From Veleropilina oligotropha (lineage: Eukaryota): DNA of 64,000 bases. The position numbers and the translations under genes are program-made. Below, in pieces: positions 44,801 to 58,773 of this stretch (the first letter of the stretch is position 1; each line of letters starts with the position of its first letter). Under the pieces are notes generated by a model. That model had not been told where the DNA came from. It made no database searches and was given only the letters and a program-made list of their open reading frames with translations. The DNA lies in contig JBEUKZ010000066.1 of NCBI GenBank assembly GCA_048128005.1, positions 1 through 64,000 of the forward strand, written 5' to 3'.

Positions 44801-46273
44801 CATGACTTTATTTACCTTTAAACTTATTTTATTGCATTTTTAAACTCATTTCTTTACGTTTTAAAATTAATTTTTGTCAGTACTTTTAGCCATATATTGC
44901 CATGCCTGAGACACATCACGCCTCGAAAGCACGCGCCACGCCAGTACGCCAATAAAAAATAGTTCAACATCTGTGTTTTGTCAGTAATCGACTAGTCAAT
45001 GCATGTGAATTATGTAATATGTCAATTATGGTGATGCGCCACCTAATCAATTTCATGCCAGATGCGACAGAAGATGCACACCCTCATTTGCATACTTATG
45101 TAACGTGTGATCATATTGAATTTAAGAAATGGGCTTAGGCGTTGCATAACAGCTTTTTCATGTGATAAATATTGATAACTAAATGTTTTATATAATATAA
45201 TTAAATCGCTATTTAATTATACAGTTACCAAATTTATAATATTACAGAGCACCAACGTTATGAAATCTTGATACTTTGGTTCATTGAACACATTACAATA
45301 TGTTATTAAGCTGATTGAATATCTCCATTATGGTATAATCAAGTTTCCAGTATATAGCCCCAGTAATTAATCAGCACTGTACATTACCATGCCACCTTAA
45401 GTAAACAGTTGCATAAATGTAGTGCAAACAATGATAACGAAAGCTCTGCAGTGATGGATAATAAAATGATTGCTAATGATAATTGCTTAGAAAATGAAGA
45501 AAACAGTCAATATTTAATTACCAAATCATTGGTATCCTGTAACTATGCAAATATATACTCAGGTATAATTTATCACCAGTTATTCACATAATGCAAAAAT
45601 CCAAGAACTTGGTAACCCTTCACGATACCTAGTCACATTTCACTGGCGATTACATATAAACCATGTATCTAGATATATGAACGCTAATTAAAGTATGGAA
45701 TAGTTTTCATCGGTTTATTGAATCAGGTTGGAAATTTAATACACTTTCTAGAAATAGGAAATATTTTTTGTTGACACATTAAGCTCACATGATTGGCAAT
45801 CCTGTACCGATAATATTAATCAAATTTTCTAACAGTACAGCACAAACATTGATGACGGTTGATAAAGAATCCCATGCAGGCATTAATAATCTTGATTATA
45901 TATCACCACTTTAAATGGTTAACGAATCCTGCTTACTTGTTACACAGTGACTCTTATGCCAATATGATATATATACCCACGTATAAACTTCGCAGATTAT
46001 AAGACAATGAACATGTATATTTTCATTATATTCAGTCCAAAATTTAATTTTGAGGGCCGCATCTGCAATATGCATATATATATTTATACACAAAGAGTTT
46101 CTGTATTCGTAAGATTCCGGATTAATTTGTATGTTCAAGATGAATATCTTTGCCATTTTGTATTTATAACTGTCAATGTTGTGGAATTTTATTTGGGGGT
46201 ATACCGTAATTGTTAATTAAAAGTAGTACTCTGACCAAAATAGGCTGCTTCCCGGCTTGACTGCTACGACTAA

Positions 46274-47026
46274 TACCCTGTTTACACGACAAAATGTAAG
46301 CCAATTCACATCTGAGTCGGTTTAGATGTAAACCGGTAACGGGTTCAGAAATAATGTCGCGTTTACACGTAACAAAAAGTAAACCGACTTGGATGAGAAT
46401 CGCATTGTGCGCAGGTGTCGACGTGACATATATATTTCTACAAAGTGACCAAGACTCTAGCTGTACTTGCGTAACATTTTAATAACAACAGGCTTGCTAA
46501 TTCAAAATTATCCTACCTCCAATTGTTATGGTCGTACATATAGCATACGGTGGTATATATATCGATGTTACGTGCTGATCCATATAAATATGCGTCCGGA
46601 TGCATGCGTTGTTCCCCATAAATAGTTATCAATACCGTACATGACTCTCTGTATCGGATTAGTTCAGTAATCATTGGACGGCGGTGGACATTATTTGTTT
46701 ATTTAAAAATTCAAGCAAATTAGCTATGCTTCGGTACCGTACATGTAGGAAAAGAGCAGACGCTTGCTTTGTGTTGTTTTATGTGCGCATGCCCAAAGCC
46801 TCTTTCTCATCTGAGTCGACTCAATTCGATTCGGACCGTTTACACAGCAAAAATCTAAACCGGTTTTGCTTTCAAACCGACTCAAACTACCTACATGAGT
46901 CGGTTTAGATCTGAGCCGATTCAAGCCGACTCAAGTCGCTTTGGGGGCGTTAATACGGACAAATCTAAACCGGTTTAGATCTAAGTCGATTCAAACCGGT
47001 TTACTTTTTGTCGTTAAAACGGGGTA
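46274..47026. mobile_element. PIF/Harbinger-like MITE
   Basis: TIRs taccctgtttacacgacaaaa / tttttgtcgttaaaacggggta; TAA at 46271-46273 and 47027-47029; internal aaaccg repeats. Confidence 0.75.
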
Positions 47027-50000
47027 TAACAGGAATGCATTAGAATCTCGGTTGGCACAATGGCATTCTCGGTTCAGTTACCAATCACAGTTTTCTTAAC
47101 TGGCTGGAGAAGGGGGTTTCCCTGGCAACCATGTCCACATGTCCTCCCACGATAATATGGACATGTCCTAGCATTAACCTGAAGGTTGTAAACATACAGA
47201 ACATTAAAGATCAACCCAATCCAACCAAAATAATCAGGGATTTCAAAAGAAATGAAAAACCCAACTGAAGATCTAAAAGCGGAAGCTTATCTGCATATTA
47301 CATTCTTAGAAAGGCTTAGAAAGTCATGTTTCTGTTATCTTGAATATCACTGACTGCTTAGCAAGATTGGTTCTGTAATTCAGAATTATACTAGTAGTGA
47401 ATCCTGATGACTGATGTAGTCAGACACGCAGATTTGACCGTAATCGGCATACAAAGGGAAATAAGATATTGATCGATGCATGTTTGTAATGCACTACACA
47501 AAAATAATGATTTCTCGCAGCTTTCTTATATCGCAGGCAATGTTCAATTCAATTTCGAGCTATCATGCAACAGCTCTGGATAATGCTGAGGGTCAGGCGA
47601 CAAAATGGATCAACGGCCAGCAGGGAATGCAAAGTGTGAGATTACAGCACTTAACAAAACTTATACCATACAGAGGAAATGATGAATGAATATAGATTGC
47701 CTTAAACCTCTTAACGCTCCACTGTGAGACAGAATACAAAACATGCAATAACTTATTGCACTGACTGAATGACAGACAAATTGGATGATGAGTCATTCGA
47801 TATCTAATATATCTGCAATTCCTCAGGCCACAAGAATGCCTAAGTGCAGACCTAATATGATATAATATAATATGATATAATAATATTATATTCCATATAA
47901 TATAATTACTGCAAGAGTATCATTTGGCATCAAAATATAAGTAATACTTACATTTTAGTATGCAAAACAGACCCTCTGGCTTCAGCAACACACATGCGCG
48001 CTTATTGAAAAAGGTTCAACCAAAAATTTTAACCGAAAAATGTTTACAGAAATTCTCATATCCAAAACAGTATAGCCAACAACAAAAGCATACATGTACA
48101 TTATGTATGAAACGATGAAAAAATTCAACCAAAATTTTAACCTAAATTTTTAGGTTAAAAACACACCAATTTCACACATTACATATATTAAATATCACTG
48201 ACAGATTAAAATCACCAACACCAAAGTATAATGTACATGCAAACAATTGCCTAGAGCAGCTTGTATATACAAAGAGCGGGATACTACTAATTTGCACTCC
48301 GGGGTGCGCCTGGGTTGTCCTGACCGGTTTCGATACTACATGTATCTTCATCAGAGGAAAATGAGAGTTTAGATAATGGAGGTCTATTTATACCCTTCCA
48401 ATGGTGTATCCGGTATGTTTAGTGTGCATACAAAATATATCAGGTGTGTCCAGTATGTATCCGGTGTGTATCTGGTATGTATCCGGTTGTATATACAATT
48501 TTAAGGAAAAAATGTAACTGAAAACTAAAAATAATGATCAATTTTATTTAATATCACTTCCGGAGTATCAGGTGACATTCATTTAAAGGCCAGAGTGCCA
48601 CTATAAAAGGGGCTAGCCAGTGGTCTGTTAATTTCTGACTTGGAAATCGATCAGACCACATCGACATCGATTGGTTGACACATGGTTAAAACATTGTTAC
48701 AGACAAGAAATTCCGCGGAATTATATGTCTCGCCCATCCCCGCTTCAAATTTGAAAAGTTGACATTTCAATTTGTAAAGTTAGGACTCAGAAGTAATACC
48801 TTACATGCAGTGCTGGTCAAAACTCTCTCTCTTCCCCTCTCTCTCTCACTCAAATACTGTTACCGTGGTTGTTAAACATCAGTTCATCATTGTCTCCATA
48901 CTGCGATGGGCGAGGTTGTCTCCCCAATTGATATCCAATAATCACTTGCAAAAAGGAATATTTTTCAATTCTGATTTGCATTTCAATATATCTGAGCTGA
49001 ATTCATGACATGTATGCCCTGACCAGTTGAAGAGAGTGATATCAGACACTGGATACAGTTCTTGTAATGGCAATATACTGCCACCTCAAGATACCCATGG
49101 AGTAAACCAATGGGGAAGCCAGTTTTCAAAATCCATCTGATTTTGATAATCCCAGCTTCTCAGAAAGACCATTAAGTTTAACAGCTTACTATGCCTATTT
49201 GCAGTGAGCAAGTCTTACAGATAAGCATATTATGTTCCTTTCATCGTACGTAGTAATAAAAAAGGAATATATCTCTGTTACTTTTATATCCTCAATATTT
49301 CAAGGCATAATTAAACTTTTCAGAATAACTGCTATAGTGTGTAGGTGTAGCGAAAATAAATCATGTAACATCTTCAAACATATTTTTTTTTGGGGGGGGG
49401 GGGGGTGAGCATGACGGGGGGATAAAGCGGAAGGATTAACATGTATGTGCCTCCCTCAGCTCATACACTTAAGTATGAAGCATCTATGGTCTAAGTTTAG
49501 TTGATCTGGAACACATACCTTTTGAGCAACAGAGCTAAATGCAAAAACTTAACTGACTATGATGACAAAGTCATGGTACATACAATTAATCTAGGTTATA
49601 TATCAAGCATTCGAAGCATTCATAAAACAACAGTGCCCATGAAGCACCTATGGTCCAAATTATGTGGATCTAGAACTTCTACTTTTTGAAAAACAGAGCT
49701 AAACGCAAAAACTTAACGAAAAAACCTAACACAGATTACTATGATGACAAAGTCACGGTACATAAAAACTAGGTTATATATCAAGCATCCGAAGCATTCG
49801 GTACACAACAGTCCCCATGAAGCATCTATGGTCCAAGTTATGTTGATCTGTAACATATACATTTTGAGAAACAGAGCTAAATGCAAAACTTTAACAATTG
49901 TTGACGACGCCATCATCGCCGCCGCCGACAGAAAAGCAATACCTATAGTCTCTTTCCCTTTGGGAGAGACAAAAACCAATTACGAAGTGTGCTTTTAATT

Positions 50001-51388
50001 GTTAGAGCAATTATCGCCTCCAGACTTCACAGGCAAACTTGTATACCCGCCAATGTAAAGCCACGCCTCAAACGTCTGGGCAAATCTTCGACCAGGGGTC
50101 ACTTTTCCCGGCCTTTAACAAATACCAAAGCATGAATATACACCAAGTAGTGCTTTGAGCAAGACATATATACAACCAATGAAAAAGTTTAACAAAAAAT
50201 TAACCATAAGTCTATGTCGAATAATATCAATTTTTTCCATTACATGTACTAATATTATTTGAATTTTATTCAATATCACTTTCAGAGTTTCAGCTGTCAT
50301 CCAATATACCTAATATCAAGGTATATATAAATATATATAAAAGTCGCTTCAGCAAGCTGTATATACAATCAATAAACTTTGTGGTGCATGTATATGTATC
50401 AATATCATATAGTACTACAAATTAGGATATGATTAGATTGCAAAATGCTTAATGACCTTTATTTTTAAAATCATCAGGTTCAAACCAGGCCATGCCCATA
50501 TTATCGTTGGATGAAAGGCTGGTCGCCCGGTGAACCACGCCATCTTCAGACAGTACGGACAACTACGATTGATAACTGAATAAAGACAGCAATTGCCACA
50601 AACGAGTTTCAAACACACTCCTGTCAGTGAGAGCAGTCAAGCCATTGATTTTGCTACTATCGGAGCGTAAAAATAGGCCATGTAATAACTTAACGCCATC
50701 ATCGTGTATTATGCATAATGATATACACGAAATGCCCAGATGCATGTGGACAACCATGACAGATTCCATTGCACTGGAGGTATCACATTATATGGTTTGT
50801 CTGCTTTCGGCCAATGCAAAGTTTATTTATTTTATAGCATTGAACTTGCGAACAACGCTATAAAGTCAACAGGAGTTGTCTCCTATGTTTGACTATCAAT
50901 TTTGTTTAAATTCCGTTTACAAACATTAAACAGTACACATCGAATAGTAAAAAATCCTAATTACAGTTATGTTAACAGCAACATTTAATATTAGACCACG
51001 TGCTACATATGGTTCAACACAAAACTGAAATGAAATTTTTCAGACCAATAAATGGGTATAGATCTGTACAGTCTCGATGCAACCAGCGACATGGCGTTCA
51101 GGTGAACAAGGTTAAAATTGTGAAACACGTGAATTACCTTTTTCAAAATTCAAAGGAATATTTTATTTGACTTAAGTATATTGTCCATATTGCGACGAAA
51201 GATCGGAACATTCAGTGAAACCCAATAGATAGGCCTAGTCTCCTCCAGTTATGGACTACTGTGTGTAGCCTGGGAGATGTACCCACAATGCCATATCAGT
51301 GTATCCACGCGACTGGCTCTTGCCAAAGAGGCAGCCTTCCAAAATAATATTTAAATTCAATTAAACCCAAGTGATGCAAAATACTTAC

Positions 51389-52413
51389 TGGCCCCAGACG
51401 ATTGGAGGACAAATCAATGGAGGTTATCACAGTGTTGTGGCCGACGACTTGAGACAATATAGCCGCTGTGGATTCGGCCATATCATTGCTTCCGAGGTTT
51501 ACTTCATTGAGCGTGGTGTTCTTCAGCAGCGCCCTGCAAATAGCCTGACCTCCCTCATCTCCAAGGCGATTTAATCGAAGATTTAACGATTTCAGTGTCG
51601 TATTTTTGGTCAGAGCGTGAGCGATTGCGTTTGCACCTGCTGTGCGAATTTGGTTGTCGCACAAGTTCAATTTGGTCAGCTGACTGTGATTGTTTATAAA
51701 CTTTCCTACTGCTCTCGCCCCTCGGTCACTGATGGCGTTGTGAGACAGATCCAATTCCACAAGACCAGGATGATCAAGAATGTGGCTGATGAGAACTCTA
51801 ACTTTGTCGTCGTCGACCTTGCTGCGATGAAGACGAAACACTTTCAGTGTTTTACAAGCGGCTATGCACTGGGATAACTGCAGGCAATCTCGCGCAGTGA
51901 ACTGGAACAGGTTCCATTCAAAGTTCATACCGCAATCTCTAACGCCGAATGTTAAATGGAGCTCTTCGAGATTTGGCAACATTGGTAAAACTGGTCCAAA
52001 ATTAAAATGGTCGCACTCTGGTTCATCCCCGGCATCACTCCCTGCATCCGAATTGTCGTCAAAATCGGGGCCTTTGGGTGCATCCCTAACAGGAGGCAAA
52101 AGCTGTCGAACATCCAGCTTCTTCACAAAATTACCCGCCAGTGGTAGAGTATCATTTAGTTTTGTTGGGTCTGTGGTTTCGGGTACAAAGTGCTCAATTA
52201 TGTCTTGAAGATCACGCTCGAAATACATTCGTTTCCAGTTGTCAGCATATGCGGAAACGTCGCATATCTCCCATCGGGCTTTGCAGCAACGCTTCCAATA
52301 ACCTTCGTCTTCGACAAGGTTCGCCGTAACTTTCAGTGGAAGACTAACCGCTATTTTCTCCAAAACTTTAACTTTATGCTTTGACAACAAATCATTGAGT
52401 ATCTCAGAGTTAT
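51389..52413 (-). CDS. TCTE1: TCTE1/DRC5 (dynein regulatory complex subunit 5) coding exon 2, leucine-rich repeats
   Basis: tttcag acceptor, gtaagt donor; YWKRCCKARW, GVRDCGMNFEWNLFQFT, RI-like LRRs; splice phases join in frame with flanking exons. Confidence 0.92.
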
Positions 52414-52825
52414 CTGAAATAATGAAACGTGAAATTGGAATAAATATATTTGAAAGAGAACATTTGGTGTCAATCTTAAGATTATAATTCTAGCATAAAA
52501 TCAAATTTCAAATCAATACAATACAAATTACTTTGTATTTCACTGTATTTGAATCAGTTAGCACATGAGAAAATTTTGGGGCACATGTTGGTTGGGATGC
52601 CTAACAACCACTTGAACATCATTTTGGTAACATTGCAGTCAGGGCATATGGCTTTACATCTCTACCTGATCAGACGGATACTCTGTGGAATGGATACAGC
52701 GTAATACGGTATTAATGGAAAAATTTGCAGGCACTGTACAACCCTGGGTTTGAGCCACTAAACCTTGACTTCATGTAAACCAGCATCGTTGTATAATGGG
52801 TTTTGTTAAATTATTAGTATTTTAC

Positions 52826-53114
52826 CTTCAAAATTTGACACGATATACTTTGCACACAAATCAACCAGCAATGGGACCGTTGCCAGCGACCAATCAGAAT
52901 CTTCGGCGATAATGCGTCTCATATTCCGCCATTCAGCCGCTGGGTTTTCCTTGGTCGAGCTCACAGGAGATGGGAGGTCTCTAGCCTTGCTCCTGTTTGA
53001 TTGGCCAGAGTGTGGCCTTGACCCTGCTTTTGACCCACTAATACTCTTCCCGCCGCTTCTCGTGCTCTTGGCATCCTCCTCTCCACCAATGCTCTTCAAT
53101 GGTGGCTCTGCCAT
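52826..53114 (-). CDS. TCTE1: TCTE1/DRC5 first coding exon
   Basis: MAEPP...MRRIIAEDSDWSLATVPLL; G|gtaaa donor, phase 1; cttttag acceptor 7 nt upstream of the ATG. Confidence 0.9.
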
Positions 53115-53231
53115 TATTTATCTAAAAGAATACATTCAAATTAAAATATCATATACATTATTTGAGAATAATTTAAAAAATAACGAATATATGTCTTCCA
53201 ATATCATTTTAATCATTATTCCCATTATTAT

Positions 53232-53890
53232 TAATGAACGCAGTACTGCATGTATGTGCAGATTGTGCATCATTAACACGAATTGAAAAGGTTCAAAAGG
53301 GAGCAGCCAGGGTTATTTTAGATGTAAATTATGAAGCTTCAAGCAAAGAGTTATTTAAAACCTTATGCTGGCTCACTATTACAGAAAAAATTCAAATGAA
53401 CAAGGCAATCATAAAAATGATACACAAATTAAGTCCAATTAATATCCAAAATTCTTTCAATTATAGAAATGAAGTTAGCAGTAAACAAACTCGGTCAGTA
53501 ATGTCCAACAAATTATATTTACCCAAGCCAGTTACGCACTCTTTAAAACGGACCTTTAAATACTCTGGGGCTCAAATTTGGAATGACCTTCCACATACTG
53601 TGCAAAAATCAAAAGATGTAACTTGTTTCAAGCGACTAATGAAACAACATATAATGTCCATTGACACCAGAAGACGCTAATTAGTTTTGGTATCGGACTG
53701 GTATTTCATGATATATTTTGACACATTTGCTGTTTGCTTTGTTTTTTTGTTTTGTTTATATATTCACTTCTGATGCTGTTCTGTATATATGTACATTTTT
53801 ATTCATTTTAATGTTAGAAAATAGGAGGGACTCACGGAAGATTGGTAACTGTATTACTAACTGTTCTCCCTCAATAAATAAAGATTTATT
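53232..53890 (+). mobile_element. 3' fragment of a CR1/L2-group LINE
   Basis: RIEKVQKGAARVIL...FKYSGAQIWNDLP ORF2 tail; aataaa and (tta)n tail, split by a HINE insertion. Confidence 0.8.
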
Positions 53891-55440
53891 ATTAGGGCTT
53901 CAAGCTCTTTCAAGCTTGAAGCCCTATTGAAATTGTACCGGTTATTATTCTTATTCTGACGTTTTTTTGTGGGCACTTTAGCGCGAAAACGGCTATAGCT
54001 ACAGCTTTCAAAATTCATGTGTGCTTGGGCACATCATTGAAGCATTGCCTCGTTCTATTTTCAAGTTTCGGGATTTTATGCTTTGGTCGTAATCTTCAAT
54101 TTTGTAAAAAAATATGACCTCTTTTCAAAAACGATATAAGTCTTACACGGCTTTCGAGATCGAGACAAAATCTTCAAAGGCATGATCTAGACTATTGAGA
54201 CAACAATCTCTTGGAAATGAAATTTTCATTTTTTCAATGCTAAGATCGCTACGGGCGTCCTAATCTTGACAAAATTTTGAAGTTTTTTCAATTTTTCATT
54301 TCTGCGGTATCTTTCAATGCACTCGACGAAATCTTTCCAATCTTCCAGGGTGAGTGCGCATCGATATCAAGTAATGTTTGCCGCAAAATTTTAGCCAATA
54401 AATGCCATGGTTTCGTCGCAATCTTTGATTTTTTGAAAACATTAAAATGCGCTTTTCTCAGAACTGAGTAGCGTGATCTTATCGACACTTGGTAGTTTTG
54501 ACAAAGCATTATATCGGTATATGTTGTTCTAATGGAATACTTTGTGAGACAAATTAAAAAGGAGTTATGAAGACATTAAATTTAATATTAAATTGACTGT
54601 AACTTCTTTAATTTTCATTTATATGAAACGTGACACAATTCATTTTATTCGTATCGAAAATATCTAATGTAATATCTATAGAATACATCGCTAAAATGAG
54701 TTGCTTGAGAGTTATTAGACTTAGTTTTTTTAGATGAATATTGCTTCATAGCGCCTCTAAAAATCGTCCTTTTTCTTCCAGATTTTCGCATAAAATATAC
54801 TATATAAAGATCGTTATATTAGAGAATTGTGACAAGAATACAATAAGTACTTTCATTGTTTAAAAAATACTATTTTAATTCCTCGTCTCATTTCGGCGCG
54901 ACCAGCTCAGTGCTAATTGCCTTATCAGATGAAGTAGGCAGTTTATGAGCCTGTCTCTTTGAGGTGTCATAAAGCCGCAAGGCAACCCTGTCCAGTGGAC
55001 GACAGCAAGGCCCTTGAGAAGTTCTGCTATCAGGCTTAAGTAAACATTTAGCCAACAGAAGGCTACATGATTCATTAACTGTTAATATATGGTGAAAACA
55101 TTGATATTCTGTTGGTCAGTCCAGTTGCGCATTCATTATTATAGATACTTCTTAATTTCCATCATAGGTTAATGCACAAGATAATAGATTTCATAGCATC
55201 TAGGTTTCAAAATTTTCCGGCCCCCCTAGCACTTTCGGCGTAGAAATCTAAGATTGGCGGCATTCGATTCAGAGTGGCCATATGTATATCTTAAAATATA
55301 AAAAATATTTTTTTAAATTTAGTATTTTTTCGTAATTTTTTTTTTTTTTTTAATTAAACTTTTTTATTTTTTTGTATTTTACGTCTTTTTTTTATTTCGT
55401 TTATCTGATTGAAGCCCTCACAGCTGCTCGCAGCTTTAAT
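53891..55440 (+). mobile_element. HINE-like element, short copy
   Basis: 5' palindrome tagggcttcaagc..gcttgaagcccta; 3' subTIR ttgaagccct and hairpin agctgctcgcagct; near-identical to 58774-62541. Confidence 0.85.
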
Positions 55441-56768
55441 TATATATTATTATTATTATTATTATTGTGAACAAAGATCGCTTTATATATCGCATTGGCG
55501 CACATATAGGCGCATGCGCCTATATTCGAATATACTAGGTGCATGCGCCTCTATGTGAGACACTGTATAATAGTTATATGCCTATAAGAGAGCCTATAAC
55601 CATTATCACCATACAAACGCTAAATTGTGATATTTTATTCTTTTTTATTTCGTGGTAAATGGTCATTAATGAACCCATCAATAGGGCATACATTTGGGCA
55701 TAATAACTTAAGTATATATACGGTATATACTTCTTTTAATACTAAAACAGGCCCATATGTGAAAATTCACATATAGGCGCATGCGCTAATATTCGAATAT
55801 AGGCACATGCGTCTCTAGGCTCTATGTGAGACTTTTTAAATGCACATGCGTCTATATGCGCATTAATATGATACTAGGAAAATAACACAAATTCTACGCA
55901 TATGATGGAACAAAAAAATTCTCTTGTATCTGGTTCGACAATAAATTGCATGTCACCGGTTATGACATTATATAATAGATACGACTCAGACTTACTATGT
56001 TACACTCTTTTATCAATGACACTATATGCTATGGTAATGTCTCAGACTCTCAACATGACTATTATATATATATTGAAACAGGAAAATATACTCAAATAGA
56101 AATAACATACTATCTGCATAACGAGAAAGCGTCGCCCAACAATTTGGTTAAACTGTGTCAAGAGTGAACATTTAAAAGTTGTCATACAAGAACTGTATAT
56201 ATATACTTGTTCATGGTCGTCATGGTTTTTAAGGTTTTTTGTCAACCTCTTAAGTAGTAAGTGTGCGAGCACCTCTGCGTTTATCCGAATGGCTTGCAGA
56301 GTATACAAGATGATCTATGATGATGATGAACTACAGAGGTGTGACTAACAAAATCTTCGCGCACACAGCTCCCTCGATAATATTTGGTCATAAGGGAGCA
56401 TTGGAGCACCATTCATATACTGTATATACATGAATAATATATAAGGGGGCATATTACAATTTTCCACTTGGTTATCTCTACTCCAACATACAACGTTTGA
56501 GCCTGCTACTTCCTACGCATGGTAGGTATGGCAAGTCAACCGGTCTCACATGTTATACTATTGGAGTAGGTTATCTCATGCTTGTATGCCATGTTCAATA
56601 TTCAAATCAAAATGATTAGTCGCAGGGTAGGCTACAGATTTCATAATTTTTATTTGTGTATAATAAATCTCTATTCTGCGTTCGTATCTAGGCGCTACGT
56701 ACAACGTATTTTAACATTAGTCTATAATTAGAAGGAAATTATCACCCGGCATACCCACACAACTATAC

Positions 56769-56935
56769 CTGCTTATTGACAATTTCTTCTTTCTTTGTTT
56801 CTTGTATTATTTATTATCTGAATCTCAATCAACGGTCACATCAGACTTAGCTTCTCCGTTGCTATGGTTTTGAATACAGGAAATGCACTTGACACATGCG
56901 CAGCGTGGACTTCATTCGCATTTGATTGGGATACA
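56769..56935 (-). promoter_or_regulatory. Candidate TCTE1 promoter and non-coding first exon
   Basis: ag|gtatag donor at 56769/56768; partial RFX X-box gttgctatgg 56858-56867; CCAAT (minus) 56925-56929; NRF1-like catgcgca; inferred only. Confidence 0.45.
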
Positions 56936-57350
56936 GCAGGATATTTTTCGGTCAAATACTAGTATTAGCCAGGCTTTATAATGAAACAAGTATAATAGAA
57001 AAAAAACGCATTTTGTGAAAAACGCTTTATATTTAATTTAAAAATAGACAAGGTAATAATAAAATACCAAACAAATGTAGATATATTTCATCCGGGCACT
57101 TTCAACATGGCCACTTCCATTCACACGTTTATTTTAGTTAGGATTCCGATTGTGTAAAATTGTAACAAAATTAATTAGAGATTGTTAATTGTTACATCTT
57201 CATTGGTGCTAAATATACACGATGATGTAATGTAAATCACATTTAAGTGATACAGTGTTGAGTAAGTTAGTAACAATGTTTTTATATCCCTTGACTTTCA
57301 TTGTAACTTATGTAAATAGTTTGAATGACAACGACGTGTTACTCTTTTCT

Positions 57351-58006
57351 TAGCCCGATAAATCTGCCCCTAATTACAAGCTCGAAATTATGACGGTCGC
57401 GTGTATAGGGTCAGATGTCGCGGCTATTAAAAAAGCGTGGATCTGTAACCCAAATCTAGCGACAGCGATATCGACACCTTTGCCTGCCATACGGCGAATC
57501 TTTCGATACCCACACATCAATAAACCATTTAACACTCACCTGCCTTTATTGTTCATCAATCCTAGTGATATAAGTCACATTATAAGCTTATATTGTTACT
57601 CGAAACGTGTTAATTCGACGCCATTATCATTATGATTATCAAACCGACCGGCAGTCGTATCGACCAATCAGGGTGGCTTAACCAGCCGGAAGCCACTCTG
57701 ATTGGTCGATACGACTGTCGGTCGGTTTGATAATGGCGTCGAATTAACACGTTTCGAGTAACAATATAAGCTTATAATGTGACTTATATCACTAGGATTG
57801 ATGAACAATAAAGGCAGGTGAGTGTTAAATGGTTTATTGATGTGTGGGTATCGAAAGATTCGCCATATGGCACGCAAAGGTGTCGATATCGCTGTCGCTA
57901 GATTTGGGTTACAGATCCACGCTTTTTTAATAGCTGCGACATCTGACCCTATACACGCGACCGTCATAATTTCGAGCTTGTAATTAGGGGCAGATTTATC
58001 GGGCTA
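57351..58006. mobile_element. 656-bp foldback MITE with 9-bp TSD (Mutator-like)
   Basis: ~320-bp near-perfect inverted arms starting tagcccgataaatctgcccc; ctcttttct at 57342-57350 and 58007-58015. Confidence 0.93.
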
Positions 58007-58773
58007 CTCTTTTCTGTACGGCGACTATCATGCTATGTTATATACAACACCTACATAGTAACACAAAATAAATATATTTAATCTTTAATAAAATGATATT
58101 GAAGAATGCCGCCATAAATAAAGTTGCTTTCGATATTAAAATAAAAGTTGTTTTTGCAAAACAATTGTTGGTTTTCAAACGAGAACAACAAATTTAACAA
58201 GCTTGCTCTTATGAGATATCCGGTCTCTAAAATAAATGACACAAATGAAAACCAACACAATACTCACGCATCTATTCTTCATGTAAACTTCATGGGCACA
58301 TAATACATTTTGACATGGTCAGACAATTATTATCTGCGCCCTGATGTTCTACATGGTTTGAAGAAGCGACGTTCGACTGAAACACAACACCTTTTGTTGA
58401 AGAACACATTCCGGATCATGCGCTGATCTGGATTGAACCCGTGGTGACACTGATGCTTAATGTCATGAATATTTACAACCTTAAAGTTCAACAGGCTTGA
58501 AAAGGCCCTAAATTTGGGGTAATGGCTTGAAAAGGCCCTAAATTGACCACAGGGCCTTAAAATTGCATGTAATTTAGAAAATTGGCCTTGAAAAATCATT
58601 TTACGGTCCTAAATTTATAGGATAGCTTATGTACAATGATAATATTATTAATTTCTATAACAATATAACTTTATTAATGAATGTTTTGTGTACGTAATAC
58701 GTATCCACTTCACTTCAGCATAATGCATCTGCAAAATATCTGAAAGTTGTCATGTCGCGTTTCTCAACAGTCA

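Noticed and set aside
51296..51388. C-terminal tail of the 364-aa ORF as coding sequence
   Set aside because: Lies past the gtaagt donor at 51388, so it is intron read-through
55489..55872. Cluster of gcgcatgcgc palindromes as NRF1 regulatory sites
   Set aside because: Ends are loosely inverted, so more likely a degenerate MITE; too decayed to call
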